From the NCBI RefSeq assembly GCF_020745735.1, contig NC_083429.1:50263877-50327876 (forward strand): a stretch of 64,000 nt of DNA, read 5' to 3'. Each line of letters starts with the position of its first letter. The stretch's first letter is position 1. The notes under the pieces were generated by a model that worked only from the letters and a program-made list of their open reading frames with translations, was not told the origin of the DNA and searched no databases. Below are positions 23,787 through 36,479 of the stretch, one piece after another. Made by a program: the position numbers and the translations under genes. The stretch comes from Hemiscyllium ocellatum (Eukaryota).

Positions 23787-24264
23787 CAGGAATAGAGGCC
23801 CTTCAGCCCCTTAAGCCTGCTCCCATTCCATAAGGAGTGTGACCTGATTGTGGCCTCAGCTCGACTTATCTCTCCTATCCCCAATGACAGCTGACTCCTT
23901 TGTTAGTCAAGTCTGTTTCTACTACTGCATAAAAATATCTTATGGACCCTCCCTCCACTGCTGCCTATGGAAGAGAGCTCCAAAGACTAGCCCAGAGAGA
24001 AATGTTATAGAACAAGGAAGAGGGAGGACCAGGGCAAAAAAACAGAGTGCCATTTGGCAAAGAGCCTTTCCCACATTTGTCAATCTGCAGCTTTCTCTGG
24101 TATTTTGGAAGGTAGCTATTCTCCTGTGGAGGAATCACAGTTGGGCAGCTGATGTACAGGCTCCAGTTTGAAAACACTATAGTTGGGGTAATCAGATATC
24201 CAAGTAAAACTCTATCACCAGTGGGGCCCTCACTAGTTGGAAAAAGAGGTAGCATAGAAATACC

Positions 24265-24355
24265 ACAGATTCCTGATGAAGAGCTTATTCCCAAAATGTC
24301 AACTCTCCTGCTCCTCGGATGCTGTCTGTTCTGCTGTGCTTTTCCAGTGCCACCC
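24265..24355 (+). mobile_element. Penelope-like family A terminal fragment, hammerhead decayed
   Basis: attcctgatgaagagcttattcccaaaatgtc: stem II and GAAA broken. Confidence 0.7.
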
Positions 24356-24489
24356 TTTTTGACACAGACCTCACAGCCTGGCCAAATGACAGTAAAGAAT
24401 GGAAAACAAAGGAAAAGGAGGATGATATTATTGATTCTGTATTTAGTCATTTGGTAGTACTGAAGCTGAGTATTGCTGAAATAGATAAC

Positions 24490-24660
24490 TTTAGTCCGAG
24501 TTTTTCATCTTGAGTTCATCAGGACATTCACAAGAATACCAATATAAAGGGGAACAACAATTTTTACCTCTGAGATGAAGGTGCTGATTGGTGGGTAGTG
24601 ATTGGTCGAGGTGTTGCCATGGAAAGAGTACCAGTTAGATGATGACTGAGTATTAACTCT
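24490..24660 (-). mobile_element. Short dispersed repeat family F
   Basis: Minus strand gtc-CUGAUGA-acucaagau-GAAAAACUCG-gac; shares cacaagaatacca block. Confidence 0.5.
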
Positions 24661-24884
24661 GCTAGGACCACTCTTCCCTCTGAGTTGCCCGGCTGCGGCC
24701 ACTCTGAGGGTCTGGGCATGGTGATCAGCTTGTCAATACCATCTCTGGCATTGAGTTCTGATTGCAAATTCACAGCCATAGACTGACTTTAAAGGTTTGT
24801 GCAAAAGAATAAAAGATTTGCAGGAATGTCAGTCATGACACCCAGATCCCTGTAGAATTTTGCTCTGTCCATTCAAATGGTGGC

Positions 24885-25185
24885 ATGGTGGCTCAGTGGT
24901 TAGTGCTGCTGACTCACAGCACCAGGGTTCAATTCCTGTCTCGGGAGACTGTCTGTGTGGTTTGCACATTCTTCCTGTGTTTGTGTGGGTTTCCTCCCAC
25001 AATCCAAAGATGTGCAGGCCAGGTGAATTTGCTGTGCTAAATTGCCCAAAGTGTTAGGTGCATTATTCAGGGGTAAATATAGGGCAGAAGAATGAGTTTA
25101 GTTGGATTACTCTTTAGAGGGTTGGTGTGGACTTGTTGGGCTGAAGGACCTGTTTCCAATACCATAGGGAATCTAACCTAAATAA
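24885..25185 (+). mobile_element. HE1-like SINE
   Basis: ggtggctcagtggttagtgctgctgactcacag head and gaaggacctgtttcca...aatctaacc tail. Confidence 0.85.
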
Positions 25186-25589
25186 AATAATATGCTGCTT
25201 CTTTATTCTTCCTGTGAGAGTAGACGCAACTCACATTTGCCAACATTAGACTCTAGCTGCCAATGTTCTGCCCACTCACATAACCCATTCATATCACTCG
25301 TGACAACTTACTTTCCTACCTATTTTGTACCATCAGCAAATTTAGCTACCATGTCTCTTAGCTCATCTACAAAATTTTCAATGTACCCTGACAAATGTCA
25401 CCTAAATCAGCTCAAATAGTCTTGTGAGTTTGTTAAATTGTTAAATCATAATGGCTAAATTCTGAAGCAATATAAATATATTATTATAAATAGTGTATTT
25501 TAAAGAATCTCACCTGATAAAAATCTGACTTCATAATAATACGGGCATCCAACAGAAATGAATATTATTCAGTGTCAGCCCAATGGTTC

Positions 25590-26085
25590 TCTCCACTCTC
25601 ACTCAGGATATTCCACACTAGAAACCTGACAGTATACCCCAGACTGACATTCCAGTACTGTGCTAAGGGTGCGCTGAGGGTATCATCTTCCAGGCGAGAT
25701 GTTAGTCAATTCTCTTTTTCCCACTGAACTATTTTTAAGAAAAGCGGAGAGTTCCTGATATATAGTTATCGTCAACAAACACCAGTGAAACAGATAATCT
25801 GGACGTGATCATCCCAGTGTTTGTGGCAATTTGGTGGATAAATATGGTAGCAATATTTCCCTTACATACCCAAGGATTGTTATGATCTAGTGGTAGTATC
25901 CCTATCTCTGAACTAGGAGGCTGGGGTTCAAGTCCCACTTTCTCTGGAGGTGTATAATAACATCCCTGAGTAGGTTAATTAGGAAAATATCTAACAGTGC
26001 CTGGACTTTCAAAAACTTTATTGGCTATAAAGCACTTTGGGACATCTTGAGACCGTGAAAGACACGATAAACGTGAAGATTTCTC
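25590..26085 (+). mobile_element. Deu-domain SINE with a nested short tRNA-like SINE (25870-25995)
   Basis: Deu-like body (gaaacagataatctgg...gtgtttgtggcaattt) and L2-like tail (ttggctataaagcactttgggacatc); insert has box A-like gatctagtggtag and box B ggttcaagtcc. Confidence 0.55.
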
Positions 26086-27442
26086 CCAGGAGTACTACCA
26101 TATATACTCGAGTAATAGTCGAATTTTTTTTTGACTACTTTTTAAGGTTAAATTCATGGGGTCAACAATTACATAGATATTCATGCCTGTCAAAAGTCAT
26201 ACCATATCATCTGCAGAAGCCCAATTAATCTCTATAATAAAGAGAAAAAAAACAAATTGCAGTAACTCTGAAAATCCACAGCGGAGCGCAATGGCTGGCA
26301 CACTGACTCATAAATGTTGATTTGTTATGTGTGAAGAACTAGGGTCGACTGTTACATTAGATATATGGAAAATTCCAGATTTTTTGGGCCAGAAATAGGG
26401 GGCTGACGTTTACATGAAATCGACCATTATATACACTAACTCCACCTGGTGAACTGGATGAGTAGTTGCAACTTTGAATTGTCTGCCTGCAATTACTGAT
26501 GTAAGTTTGAAATGAGTGCTAGGTAGCATAAAACCGCAAGTCGTAGAAGCAGAAGTAGGCCATTCAGCCCCATCAAGTCTGCTCTGCCATTCAATTAAAT
26601 CATGGCTGCTTTGGTAATCCTCAACTCCCACTTTTCTGCCTTTTCCCATGATCCTTGGTTCCCATACTGATTGTAACACTGTCTATCTCAGCCTTGAATA
26701 CACCCAATGACCCGGCCTCAATAGTTCTCTGTGGTAAAGAATTCCACAAATTCACTACCCTCAGAGAAAATAAATCCTATTCGCCTCTGTCTTAAATGGA
26801 CGACTTTTTACTGTGGGAGTATACCTTCTGGTCCTAGACTTTCAACAAGGGGAAACAACCTCTCCACATCAAGTCCCCTAAGAATCTTATGTTTCCATAT
26901 GTTCTCTGCTCATTCTTTTAAACACCAAGGAATACCTACTCAACCTCTTCTCATAAGAAAATCCCTCCAAACCCAAAATGAATCCAGTGCATCATCTTTG
27001 CCTCCACTGCCAGAGTATCTTTCCTTAGTTCAAGGGACCAAAATTGTTCACAGCGTCTAGATGTGGTCTGAATGCTCCCTTGTATCTTTTAGCAAGGCCT
27101 CGCTATTTGTATTTTCTATTCCCTTTGAAATAAACACCAACTCAGCCCATTTGCCTTCCCCATAACCTACTGAACTTGGATGCTAGCGTTTGGGAGTCAT
27201 GCATTTGGACCCACAAACCCTGCAGTGCTGCACCTTTCTCCATTTAAATAATATTCAGCTCCTCTATTCTTTGTGCCAAAGTGCAAAACCACACATTCTC
27301 CAATATTTGCCAATAGCATCTGCCAAGTTTTTGCCCACTCACCTACCTGTCTATATTTCTCTGTGAACTCACTGTGTCATCCTCATTACTTGCCTTTCCA
27401 TCTATTTTTGTGTCATTTTAAATCTGATGATAATACATTCAC

Positions 27443-27886
27443 CAGGACACAGGAACATTGACTAGATACAAAACGACATGACCCTCTCTCACTAGTATCC
27501 TTACATACAGATAAGGAAGGACATCACTTCGACTGGGACAACACATCCACCCTAGGACAAGTCAAACAGACACACATACAAGAATTCCTAGAACTCTATC
27601 AATGAACATATTGACTCGGACCCTATTTACCACCCCCCAGAGAAAAAGAACAGGAATGACATCACAATAGGAAATGACACCAACACAGGAAATGACATCA
27701 CCAGCCAAAAGAAACCCAAACATATAAATAGAAAGCAGGAAACATCAGCAGTGCTTCGCCTGGAGGCTCACTGAAGATGTTACCTAGTATGGTGACGAAA
27801 CGTCTGAAAATGAACTTTCCAGCACAGCGAGCAAACCTACATCCAGAACCTCAACCTGAGCTACAAATCTTCTCCAAACTCACTGG
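27443..27886 (+). mobile_element. Penelope-like family C 3' end
   Basis: GIY-YIG C-terminal remnant (HFDWDNTSTLGQVKQ...EFLE), similar to family B; 9-bp TSD tacattcac at 27434-27442 and 27887-27895. Confidence 0.8.
27768..27807 (+). ncRNA. Minimal type-I hammerhead ribozyme motif, family C (sense to SCN2B intron 1)
   Basis: UCA-CUGAAGA-U-GUUACC-UAGUAU-GGUGAC-GAAAC-GUC^UGA; stem II 6 bp with one G-U, stem I 3 bp. Confidence 0.72.
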
Positions 27887-28364
27887 TACATTCACTTTCC
27901 TCATCCAAGTCATTAATGTAAATAGTTTTAAATAACCTGTTCAGAATTTTTATGACATAACTGTAGAGTTTGTGGGACTTGAAACCTTCGGCCGTTTAGC
28001 TTAAAGGTAGAGAGACTGCCACTGCACCCCAAAAGCCCTTACGTTGTTAATATTGTAAATAACTATAGACCCAGCACTTATCTCTCCAGCACTCCATTTG
28101 TTATAAGTGGACTTGTAGAAAATGCCCACTTTACCCCACCTCTGTTTTCTACTGGTTAGCCAATCCTATATCCAGTCTATATCACCCCAACACCATGGGG
28201 TCATTTCTAGGGTTGAACAATTACCATTGTAGGAACACCAAGGAGCTCAGTGGGTCAAGAAAAGGACCTGTCATTTCCTCCTCTGGGCGTCTAAGCAAGG
28301 ACAATAAATACTGATCAATCTTATTTCTTTTAAAATAAACTGTCTAATTAAAAGGTAATAACAA

Positions 28365-28500
28365 AATCAGTTCTGAGGACGGGTCACTGGTGCTGAAAAG
28401 CTAACTGTGCTTTCTCTCCATAGATCTGCCAGACCTGCTGAGCTTTCCAACAATTTGTTTTTGTTTCTGATTTCCAGCATCTGCAGTTCTTGTAGTTTTT
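28365..28500 (+). mobile_element. PLE-end fragment family E, hammerhead decayed
   Basis: ttctgaggacgggtcactggtgctgaaaagctaac followed by gccagacctgctgag...ccagcatctgcagttc. Confidence 0.55.
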
Positions 28501-28511
28501 AACAAAAATCA

Positions 28512-28810
28512 GTGGTTAGCACTGCTGTGTCACAGCATCAGAGACCTGGGTTCAATTCCCACCTCAGGCAACTGATTGTGTGGAGTTTGCACATTCTCCC
28601 CGTGTCTGCGTGGGTTTCCTCCGGGTGCTCCAGTTTCCTCTCACAGTCCAAAAATGTGCAGGTTAGCTGAGTTAGCCGTTCTAAATTGCCCGTAGTGTTA
28701 GGGGCAGGGGTAAATGTAGGGGAATGGAACTGGATGGGTTGCGGGTTGGTGTGGACTTGTTGGGCCGAAGGGCCTGTTTCCAAACTGTAAGTAATTTAAT
28801 CTAATCTAAA
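28512..28810 (+). mobile_element. HE1-like SINE
   Basis: cagtggttagcactgctg...gggttcaattccc head; gggccgaagggcctgtttcc...ctaatctaa tail. Confidence 0.88.
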
Positions 28811-29054
28811 AAAAATCCCATGTTGACTACAGTCCATATTGCAAATTGTAATAATTCAACGATCAATCAGAAAATGAATCCAAATTGTGAAGAGATTTTC
28901 ACTAAGGGCATGTTAGTTTTTGTATCAATTATGAGAGTAGAGTGTGTTCTCCATTTAGGTCTGATAGGTAAATCACCTAAGGTTGCAAGAAAGCCTGAAA
29001 GGAGAATTAGGCAATTAAACAGTTACTGGGTAGTGTCAGAGACCTGTTACTGAC

Positions 29055-29335
29055 ATGTTACAGACGAATACAAGAATACCAAATGCTAAATTTGGAAAGG
29101 TCAGACTATTTTACACTACAAGGGAAGAAAAGGGTGATTTGTTTGGCAAGTTGACTGATTGGTTTGATTGGCAGCTTGGGGAGCTTATAGTTTGCCATTG
29201 CTTTCCCCATGGCAATGCCTCAGCCAATTAGTGTCAACTTATTGATCAGTCTTCTGTAGTAAAAACTGTTGTGATTTCAAATTTGCATTTTTGTATTTTC
29301 CCTGAGGGTGCAAGAGAAGAGAAGCTTCACCTTCA
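29055..29335. mobile_element. Quasi-palindromic repeat family F
   Basis: Left caagaataccaaatgctaaattt versus right aaatttgcatttttgtatttt; ends ctgagggtgcaagagaagagaagcttc. Confidence 0.5.
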
Positions 29336-29359
29336 CCTTCCACACTCACAACCACTTCC

Positions 29360-29630
29360 ATCTAGATGACAGCAGCAGATATATAGGAACATCACCTCCT
29401 GCAAGTTCTCCTCTGAGCCACCCACCATCCTGACTTGGAAATATATCGCCATTCCTTCACTGTCGCTGGGTCAAACTACTGGAATTCCCTCCCTAAGAGT
29501 CAACCTACAGCAGGTGGACTGCAACAGTTCAAAAAGGCAGCTAACCACCACCTTCTCAAGGGCAACAATAGGGATGGGCAATAAATACTGGCCCAACCAG
29601 TGATGACCACATCCTGCGGGTGAATAAAAT
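29360..29630 (+). mobile_element. 3' end of a second LINE family (CR1/L2 group)
   Basis: ttccatctagatgacagcagcag...aaggcagctaaccaccaccttctcaagggcaacaatagggatgggcaataaatactggcc; same as 47650-48345. Confidence 0.55.
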
Positions 29631-30294
29631 AAATATATAGAGCAACCAATCACAACTCAGTTCACAGTTCACGCAGGTCAATATCAGGCATTTATTCCAT
29701 TCCAGAAGATCCAAATCTCTCTAACCATATGTAACTCCCTTCCAGAACATACCTGATCCACAAATACCTCTGTAACCCTCGACCAAGGATGATTCATTTA
29801 TTTTCCGAAAACATTTCTCGACCAGTCTATTCCACATATTCAGCATCAAGCGACAGCAGTGAATGGTGCTGTCATTCTGCTTGCTGTCACCTCCCTGTCC
29901 AAATCCACCATCATACTGGTTAGAAACAGTGACATTCCTAAATCCAGCAACAGATGGCCTTGCCATTTAAAGCACTGAAGGACAATATTCTTCAGGGAAG
30001 ACACTTGGCATTCTTTCTTGCATTTAGAAATTGGCCATGCTAAATTGCCCACAGTGTTAGTCAGAGGTAAATATAGGGTAGGGGAATGGGTTTGGGTGGG
30101 TTTCTCTTCGGAGGGGCAGTGCGGACTTGTTGGGCCAAAGGGCCTGTTTCCACAAAAAAAATGACAATTTGCATTTAGATAACACCAAGTAAAACAATCC
30201 CTCACAAAACATTGGAGGGATTTATTCAGCCACAGGTATTGGCATGAATATAAGGATGAAGATTTTAGGAGAGGTGATCAAAGGTATGGTCAAA

Positions 30295-31165
30295 GTAGTG
30301 GTAGACTGAACAGCGAAGAAGGTTACCTCAGAGTACAATGGGACCTTGATCAGATGGGCCAATGGACCGAGGAGTGGCAGATGGAGTTTAATTCAGATAA
30401 ATGTGAGGTGATGCATTTTGGAAAAGTAAATCAAAGCACGACTTATACATGTTATGGGCCTGGGGAGTGTTGCTGAACAAAGAGACCTTGGAGTGCAGGT
30501 TCATAGCTCCTTGAAAGTAAAGTTCCAGGTAGATAGGACAGTGAAGCAGGCGTTTGGTATGTTTTCCCTTATGGGTCAGAATATTGAGTATAAGAGTTGA
30601 ACATTGGTTAGGCCACTTTTGAAAACTTGTGTGCAATTCTGGTCTCCTTCCTATCAGAATGATGTTGTGAAACGTGAAAGGGTTCAGAAAAGAATTACAA
30701 GGATGTTGCCAGGGTTGATGGATATGAGCTATAGGGAGAGGCTGAACAGGCTGGGGCTGTTTTCCCTGGAGCATTGGAGACTGAGGGGTAACCTTACAGA
30801 GGGTTATTAAATCATGAGGGGCATGGATAGGCTAAATAGACAAGGTCTTTTCCCTGGGATGGGGTAGTCCAGAATTACAGGGCATAGGTTTAGGGTGAGA
30901 GGGGAAAGATTTAAAGGGATCTCGGGGCAACCTTTTCACACAGAGGGTAGTGTGTGTATGGAATGAGCTGCCAGAGGAAGTGCTGGAGGCTGGTACAATT
31001 ACAGCATTTAAAAGGCATCTGGATGGGTATATGAACAGGAAAGATTTGGAGGGATATGGGCCAAGTGCTGGCAAATGGGACGAGATTAGTTTAGGATATC
31101 TTGTCAGCAAACACAAGTTGGACTGAAGGGTCTGTTTCCATGCTATACATCTCTATGACTCAAGT
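30295..31165 (+). mobile_element. CR1 LINE 3' portion
   Basis: VRPLLKTCVQFWSPSY...RITRMLPGL...LGLFSLEHWRLRG; ctctatgactc tail. Confidence 0.85.
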
Positions 31166-31344
31166 GGCTATTATGCTTCTTAAAGAAGGATTCACTGGTG
31201 GAAAGCATTTCCAGGGCTTGGGACCCAAGCAGCTGAAGGTACACATGAGCATGTGACCACATCAATTAGAAACAGGAAAAGGCTATTCGGCCCTTCCAGC
31301 CTGCTGTGCCATTTGATAGGTTTGAAGCTGATCTGATTGTAGCC

Positions 31345-32627
31345 CCTTCTTGGACCTCTCAATCTCCATCAACAGTGACTGACTCAACACTAACATGCAC
31401 TACAAACCCACCAACTCCCACTGTGACTTAGATTACACCTCCTCCCACCCTGTCCGCTGTAAAAACGCTATCCTGTACTCCCAATTCCTCCACCTCCCAT
31501 CAAAGTTCCATCAAAGAACATACCAAATAGCCTCCTTCTTTAAAGACCATGGTTTCCCCTCCCACGTGGTGGTTGATGATGCCCTCCAGCACATCTGATC
31601 CACTTCCCGCACCTCTGCCCTGGAACCCCAGCCTTCCAACTGCAACAAGGACAGACCCCTCCCCTCCACCACCCCACCACCCAGTCCTCACCTTCCACCC
31701 CACAAATTTCCGTATACATAGCATCATCCTCCGCCATTTCTGCCACCTACAAATGGACCCTACCACCAAGATATATTTCCCTCCCCACCCCATCCGCTTT
31801 CCATAAAGACCATTCCCTCTGCGACTCCCTTGTCAGGTCCACGCAACCCACCAATGCACCCTCCCCTCCTGGCACCTTCCACTGCCACCACAAGCATTGC
31901 CACCTGCACCCAAACCTCGTCCCTCACCTCCTTCCAAGTCCCCAAAGGAGCCTTCCACATCCATCACAGTTTCACCTGCACTTCCACACGACATTTACTG
32001 TAACTGTTGCTCCCGATGCGGTCTCCTCTTTTTTGGGGAGACAGGATGCCTACCTGCAGAATGCTTCAGAGAACATCTTCGGGATACCTCCGCCAACCAA
32101 CCACACCATCCCATAGTAGAACGCTTCAACTCCCCCTTCCATTCTGCTAAGGACATGCAGGTCCTGGATCTCCTCCATCGCCACTCCCTAACCCCCCAAC
32201 ACCTGGATGAAGAACGCTTCATCTTCCACCTCGGGACCTTCCAACCCCACGGCATCCATGTGGATTTCACCACGTTCCTCATTTCCCCCCTCCCCCCACC
32301 TTATCCCAGTTCCAATCTTCCAACTCGGCACTGCCATCATGACCTGTCCTACCTGTCCATCTACCTTCCCACCTACCCATTCCATCGTCCTCTCCGACCT
32401 ATCACCTTTACCTGCATCTACCTATTGCACTCTCAGCTACCTTCCCTCCAAACCTCCCCCCTCCCATTTATCTCTCCACCCCGAGTCTCACAGCCTCATT
32501 CCTGCTAAAAGGCTTATGCCCAAAATGTTGATTCTCCTGCCCCTCCGATGCTGCCTGACCTGCTGTGCTTTTCCAGCACCGCACTCTCAACTCTAATCCC
32601 CAGCATCTGCAGTCCTCACTTTTGCCA
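31345..32627 (+). mobile_element. Penelope-like family A (Neptune-type), 5'-truncated and degenerate
   Basis: RT thumb YKPTNSH.DLDYTSSHP, Cys-rich linker, GIY-YIG remnant IYCNCCSRCGLLFFGETG...FREHL; 10-bp TSD gattgtagcc at 31335-31344 and 32628-32637. Confidence 0.85.
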
Positions 32628-33489
32628 GATTGTAGCCTCAACTCTAGTTTCTCACTGAATTTTTGATTTGTTTGTTGGTCAAGAATCTATCTACCTCAGC
32701 TTTTATAGTATTCAATAACCCCACCTCCTCCCCTCTCTGGGCAAGAGATTTCCTCACTGTCACAACTCTCTGAGACAAAACATCCTCTTCATCTTTGTCT
32801 TAAATGGGGGGACCCTTAGTTTTAAGCTATTCCCTCCTCTCTAGTCTTGCCTACAAGAGGAAACATCCATTCAGTATTCAACCTGTCAAGCTCCCTCAAT
32901 ATCTTGCCTGTATGTAGATTATTTTAGATAATGGACCAATGAATATTGAGCATACACATTGGAGTCCAGGAAAATAGATATCCTGGAGAGTTATGGGGCT
33001 AGCAGATTACAGCAATATGGAAGCGATGGATGGACTTCAACACAAGGATGAGAAGTTTAAATTTGAGGCTTAATGTGAGCCAACATAAGTCAGCATTTCT
33101 CTCTGTACCTAACCTCTCTGTATCAGCACAAATAATTATTTAATGGGCTAATGTAGCACAGATGGGGCAGCAACAATTGACTTTAGCATCTCCTCATTAA
33201 TGAAGCCAAAAATCAGCTAAAGATACACTGAACCTTCTCTGACTGGAAAATGAATGGCTATGTTTCAAACGGGTTCTAGCTGAGTAATACCCCCACAGTG
33301 GAATGTCCTTTTGCCACTCATTGCCCATTCTCACATATAAGTATTGGTTAAATAGTAGCGGTTTCCCGTGGAATATTGCTCCGGGGAATAACTGGATTCC
33401 AGAGGAATGAATAGCTTCTGAGATGTACAACAGAGAAACATACACTTTGGTCTAACTTATCCATACCAACCAGATATCCTGAATTAATC

Positions 33490-34370
33490 TAGTCAGCATA
33501 GAGGCCCATATCCCTCTAAAGTCAAGATTAGAGTGGTGCTGGAAAAGCACAGCAGGTCAGGCAGCATCCAAGGAGCAGGAAAATTGCCATTTCAGGCAAA
33601 AGGCCTTCATCAGGAATGAGGCCATCAGGAAGACCTCTGTGAAAATGTTGTCCCTTAGGCCCCTTTTAAATCTTTTCTCTCTCACCCTTAACATATATCC
33701 TCTAGTTCTGGACTCCCCTACTGTGGGGAAAAGACCTTGATGATTCGCCCTATCCATGCCCCTCATGATTTTATAAACCTCTACAAGGCCACCCCTCAGC
33801 CCCCAATGCTCCAGAGAAAACAGCCCCAGCCTTTTCAGCCTCTCCCTCTAACTCAAATCCTCCAACCCTGGCAACATTCTTGTAAATCTTTTCTGGCACA
33901 ACAGCTTACCTACAGCAGGGAGACCAGAACTGAACGCAGTATTCCAAAAGTGGCCTAACCAATGTCCTGTGCAACCACAACATGACCTACCAACCCCCAT
34001 ATTCAATGCACTGACCAATAAAGGCAAGTTTACCAAATACCTTCTTCATTGGGACTGTGACCTGAAACATCGATTTTCGGATGCTGCCTGATCTGCTGTG
34101 CTTTTACAGCAAAACACTCTCAACTCTGATCTCCAGCATCTGCAGACCTCACTTTCTCCTTCTCCATTACCCTGTCTACCTGAACCTTATTTTCAAAGAA
34201 CCATGAACCTGCACCCAAGATCTTTTTGTTCAGCAACATACCCCAGGATCTTACCATTAAATGTATAAGTCCTGCCCTGATGTGCCTTACCAAAATGCAG
34301 CACCTCACATTTATCTAAACTGAACTCCATCTGTTACTCCTTGGCCCATTTGCCCATCAGATCAAGATAT
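33490..34370 (-). mobile_element. CR1 fragment containing two family A terminal pieces (about 33522-33620 minus, about 34055-34165 plus)
   Basis: CR1 ORF2 antisense remnants 33557-34036 plus the gctggaaaagcacagcagg motif and its inverse. Confidence 0.65.
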
Positions 34371-34562
34371 TCTGGTCATCATTTCATCATTCGCAAAACC
34401 GTTAAGGGTTTGATAAAACCCAAAAGGATTGAGCAATTAACCACTTAGGGGCCTAATCATTTGGCCCAGTTATTTTGTTATTTGCTCCTGAGATGTGGGG
34501 ATCTCTCAGGAGGCCAGCATTTGCCACCCATCCTTAACTGTGCTGGAGAACAGTTCAGAGTC

Positions 34563-34646
34563 GAAAATGTGTTGCTGGAAAAGCGCAGCAGGTCAGGCAG
34601 CATCCAAGGAGCAGGGGAATCGACATTTCGGGCATGAGCCCTTCTT
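34563..34646 (-). mobile_element. Penelope-like family A minimal insertion
   Basis: 12-bp direct repeat cagttcagagtc at 34551-34562 and 34647-34658; minus strand CUGAAGA AGGGC UCAU GCCC GAAAU GUC, stem I 5' strand lost. Confidence 0.7.
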
Positions 34647-34659
34647 CAGTTCAGAGTCA

Positions 34660-34930
34660 CCCACTAGGAAGATGGTCATGTGTCAGCCAGACCAAGTAAA
34701 AGTGGCAGGTTTCTTCAGGAGAGTAGCAAACCAGATGGGTATTTAAAGTAATTTATGATAGTGTCATGACTATTATTAAGACTCATCTCAAGTCAAGGTG
34801 TTTTTAAAAACAATTAATTGAACTTAAATTCCACCAGCTGCCAATGGAGCTATCGATAGCCAAACACTATCTTTGGCTGCCATCAGACTGGGCATCTGGA
34901 TTATTAGTCCAGTGATATTCCCACTAATCT
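34660..34930 (-). mobile_element. tRNA-derived SINE, second family
   Basis: ccagaccaagtaaaagtggcaggtttc...aattccaccagctgcc...ctggattattagtccagtgatattcccact. Confidence 0.6.
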
Positions 34931-35689
34931 ACCACCTCCCCATACTAACTCTCACTCCTTCCAGCTCAACAACACTCTCATTCCCTCCCTCCCCAGACTC
35001 ACTTTATCCTTCCTCTACTCACCCTCCATGCACCATCTTCAACACTGATTCACTTCATTGTCCAGTTCCACAATTTCATAGTTTCAGTCAAATGTTCTAC
35101 TCCCTCCAGTCTGCTCTCACCCTCTCACTTCTTCTTTCCCCTCAAGCATTGGTTAGAAAAGTTACATTTGCCCCTTGACACGCTCCCACACAAGATACAG
35201 TACCGGTTAGATGTAGTGAAAAACTCCATCTGCATTATTCCACAGAAACATTGGACAGCACAGAAGGAGGTCATTTTCCCCACTGAATATATGCTAATTT
35301 TTCCAAAGAACAATCAAGTTACTCCCATTCCACTCTCATTCCCACATCCAGTCAAATTTACTTTTCCCTCAACTTATATTCAATTCTCCTCTGAAGGATC
35401 TAATTAAATATTTATTTTCATCATCCTATTAGACAGTGCCTACTTGGAATTTGGGAGTAAAGTTTTAACAATAGGTTTTCAATAGCTGAAATGTTAAAGA
35501 CCCTTTAACCTCCCCAGGAAAGACTGAAGAAGGATTTCCTAATAGGGACACAGTAAATGCAGTGTAAGGAGATTGATGTAGAGCGTAATCACCTGCTAGG
35601 GTACAGTCCTGACCCTCAAAAGAAATAATTCTGGCTGTTTTACAATATTTTAAGATACTGTGTTAAATACAGAATAAAGGTCCCTTGAC

Positions 35690-36400
35690 ACTGTCCCCTT
35701 GAACCCTTACAAGGTAGGTACTACACAAGGTTAGATAGAGAGTAATGCTACCTCTACTGTTTTAAAATGACAATAAAACCCCCTTGACACTGTGCCCATT
35801 AAACACCCCCTGGTCAGGGACACGTGGTCAGACACTGAGCAAAGTTTCTTCCACACTTCAAAACTGAAAGTAAATGGAAAGTAAAACTCCCACAATGCTG
35901 TCTCCATCACACACTCCTGGGACAGGTATGGCATGGAATCAGATGCACAGTAAAATCCCTACTGTCCCTATCAAACACTCCCAGGACAGGGACAACACAG
36001 GATTAGATACAGAGTAAAGCAAAGTATTCTGTCCCCATTAAGTACTCACGAGACAGGGTTAATACAGTTTGATATAAGGTAAAGCTCCCTCTATTCTTTT
36101 AAACTGAAAGTAGTTCTCCCTCAACATTGTCCTTATCAACCACACCCTGGACAGGTACAGCACAGGTCTGGATACAGAGTAAAGCTCTCTCTACCTACTC
36201 CAGGATAGATACAGCACAGGGTTAGATCCAGTATAACTCCTTCACTACACTGTCCCAAACTAATATTCCCAGGCTAGAGACAAACAGGGTTAAATAAAGA
36301 GTAATGCTTTCTCTGCCCTCCCTATCAAACACTCCAAGGACCAGTAGGAAGGGTTAGATATATGGTAAAACAGCCTCTACTTTTTTCAACTGCAAGTAAA
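35690..36400 (-). repeat. About 70-bp unit degenerate minisatellite array (about 9-10 units)
   Basis: Recurrent ctgtccccatcaaacactcccaggacagg...acagcacagggttagatacagagtaaagc. Confidence 0.8.
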
Positions 36401-36479
36401 GCATACTCTACTATTCCCAATCATAATAATGAACAGGCGAATCAAGCATTGGTTCTGAGGGATAGTTTACAGTCTATGG

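Larger units (their letters stand above)
26530..27930 (-). mobile_element. Degenerate CR1 LINE, interrupted by PLE family C
   Basis: Antisense tail gtagaagcagaagtaggccattcagccc; body resumes after 27895. Confidence 0.7.

Noticed and set aside
31897-32508. 203-aa proline-rich ORF
   Set aside because: Mosaic of frames from a degenerate C-rich PLE; only the middle part follows the GIY-YIG frame.
33490-34165. Composite transposon of two inverted family A ends capturing a CR1 piece
   Set aside because: CR1 sequence continues outside both ends and no common TSD was found; two independent insertions is simpler.
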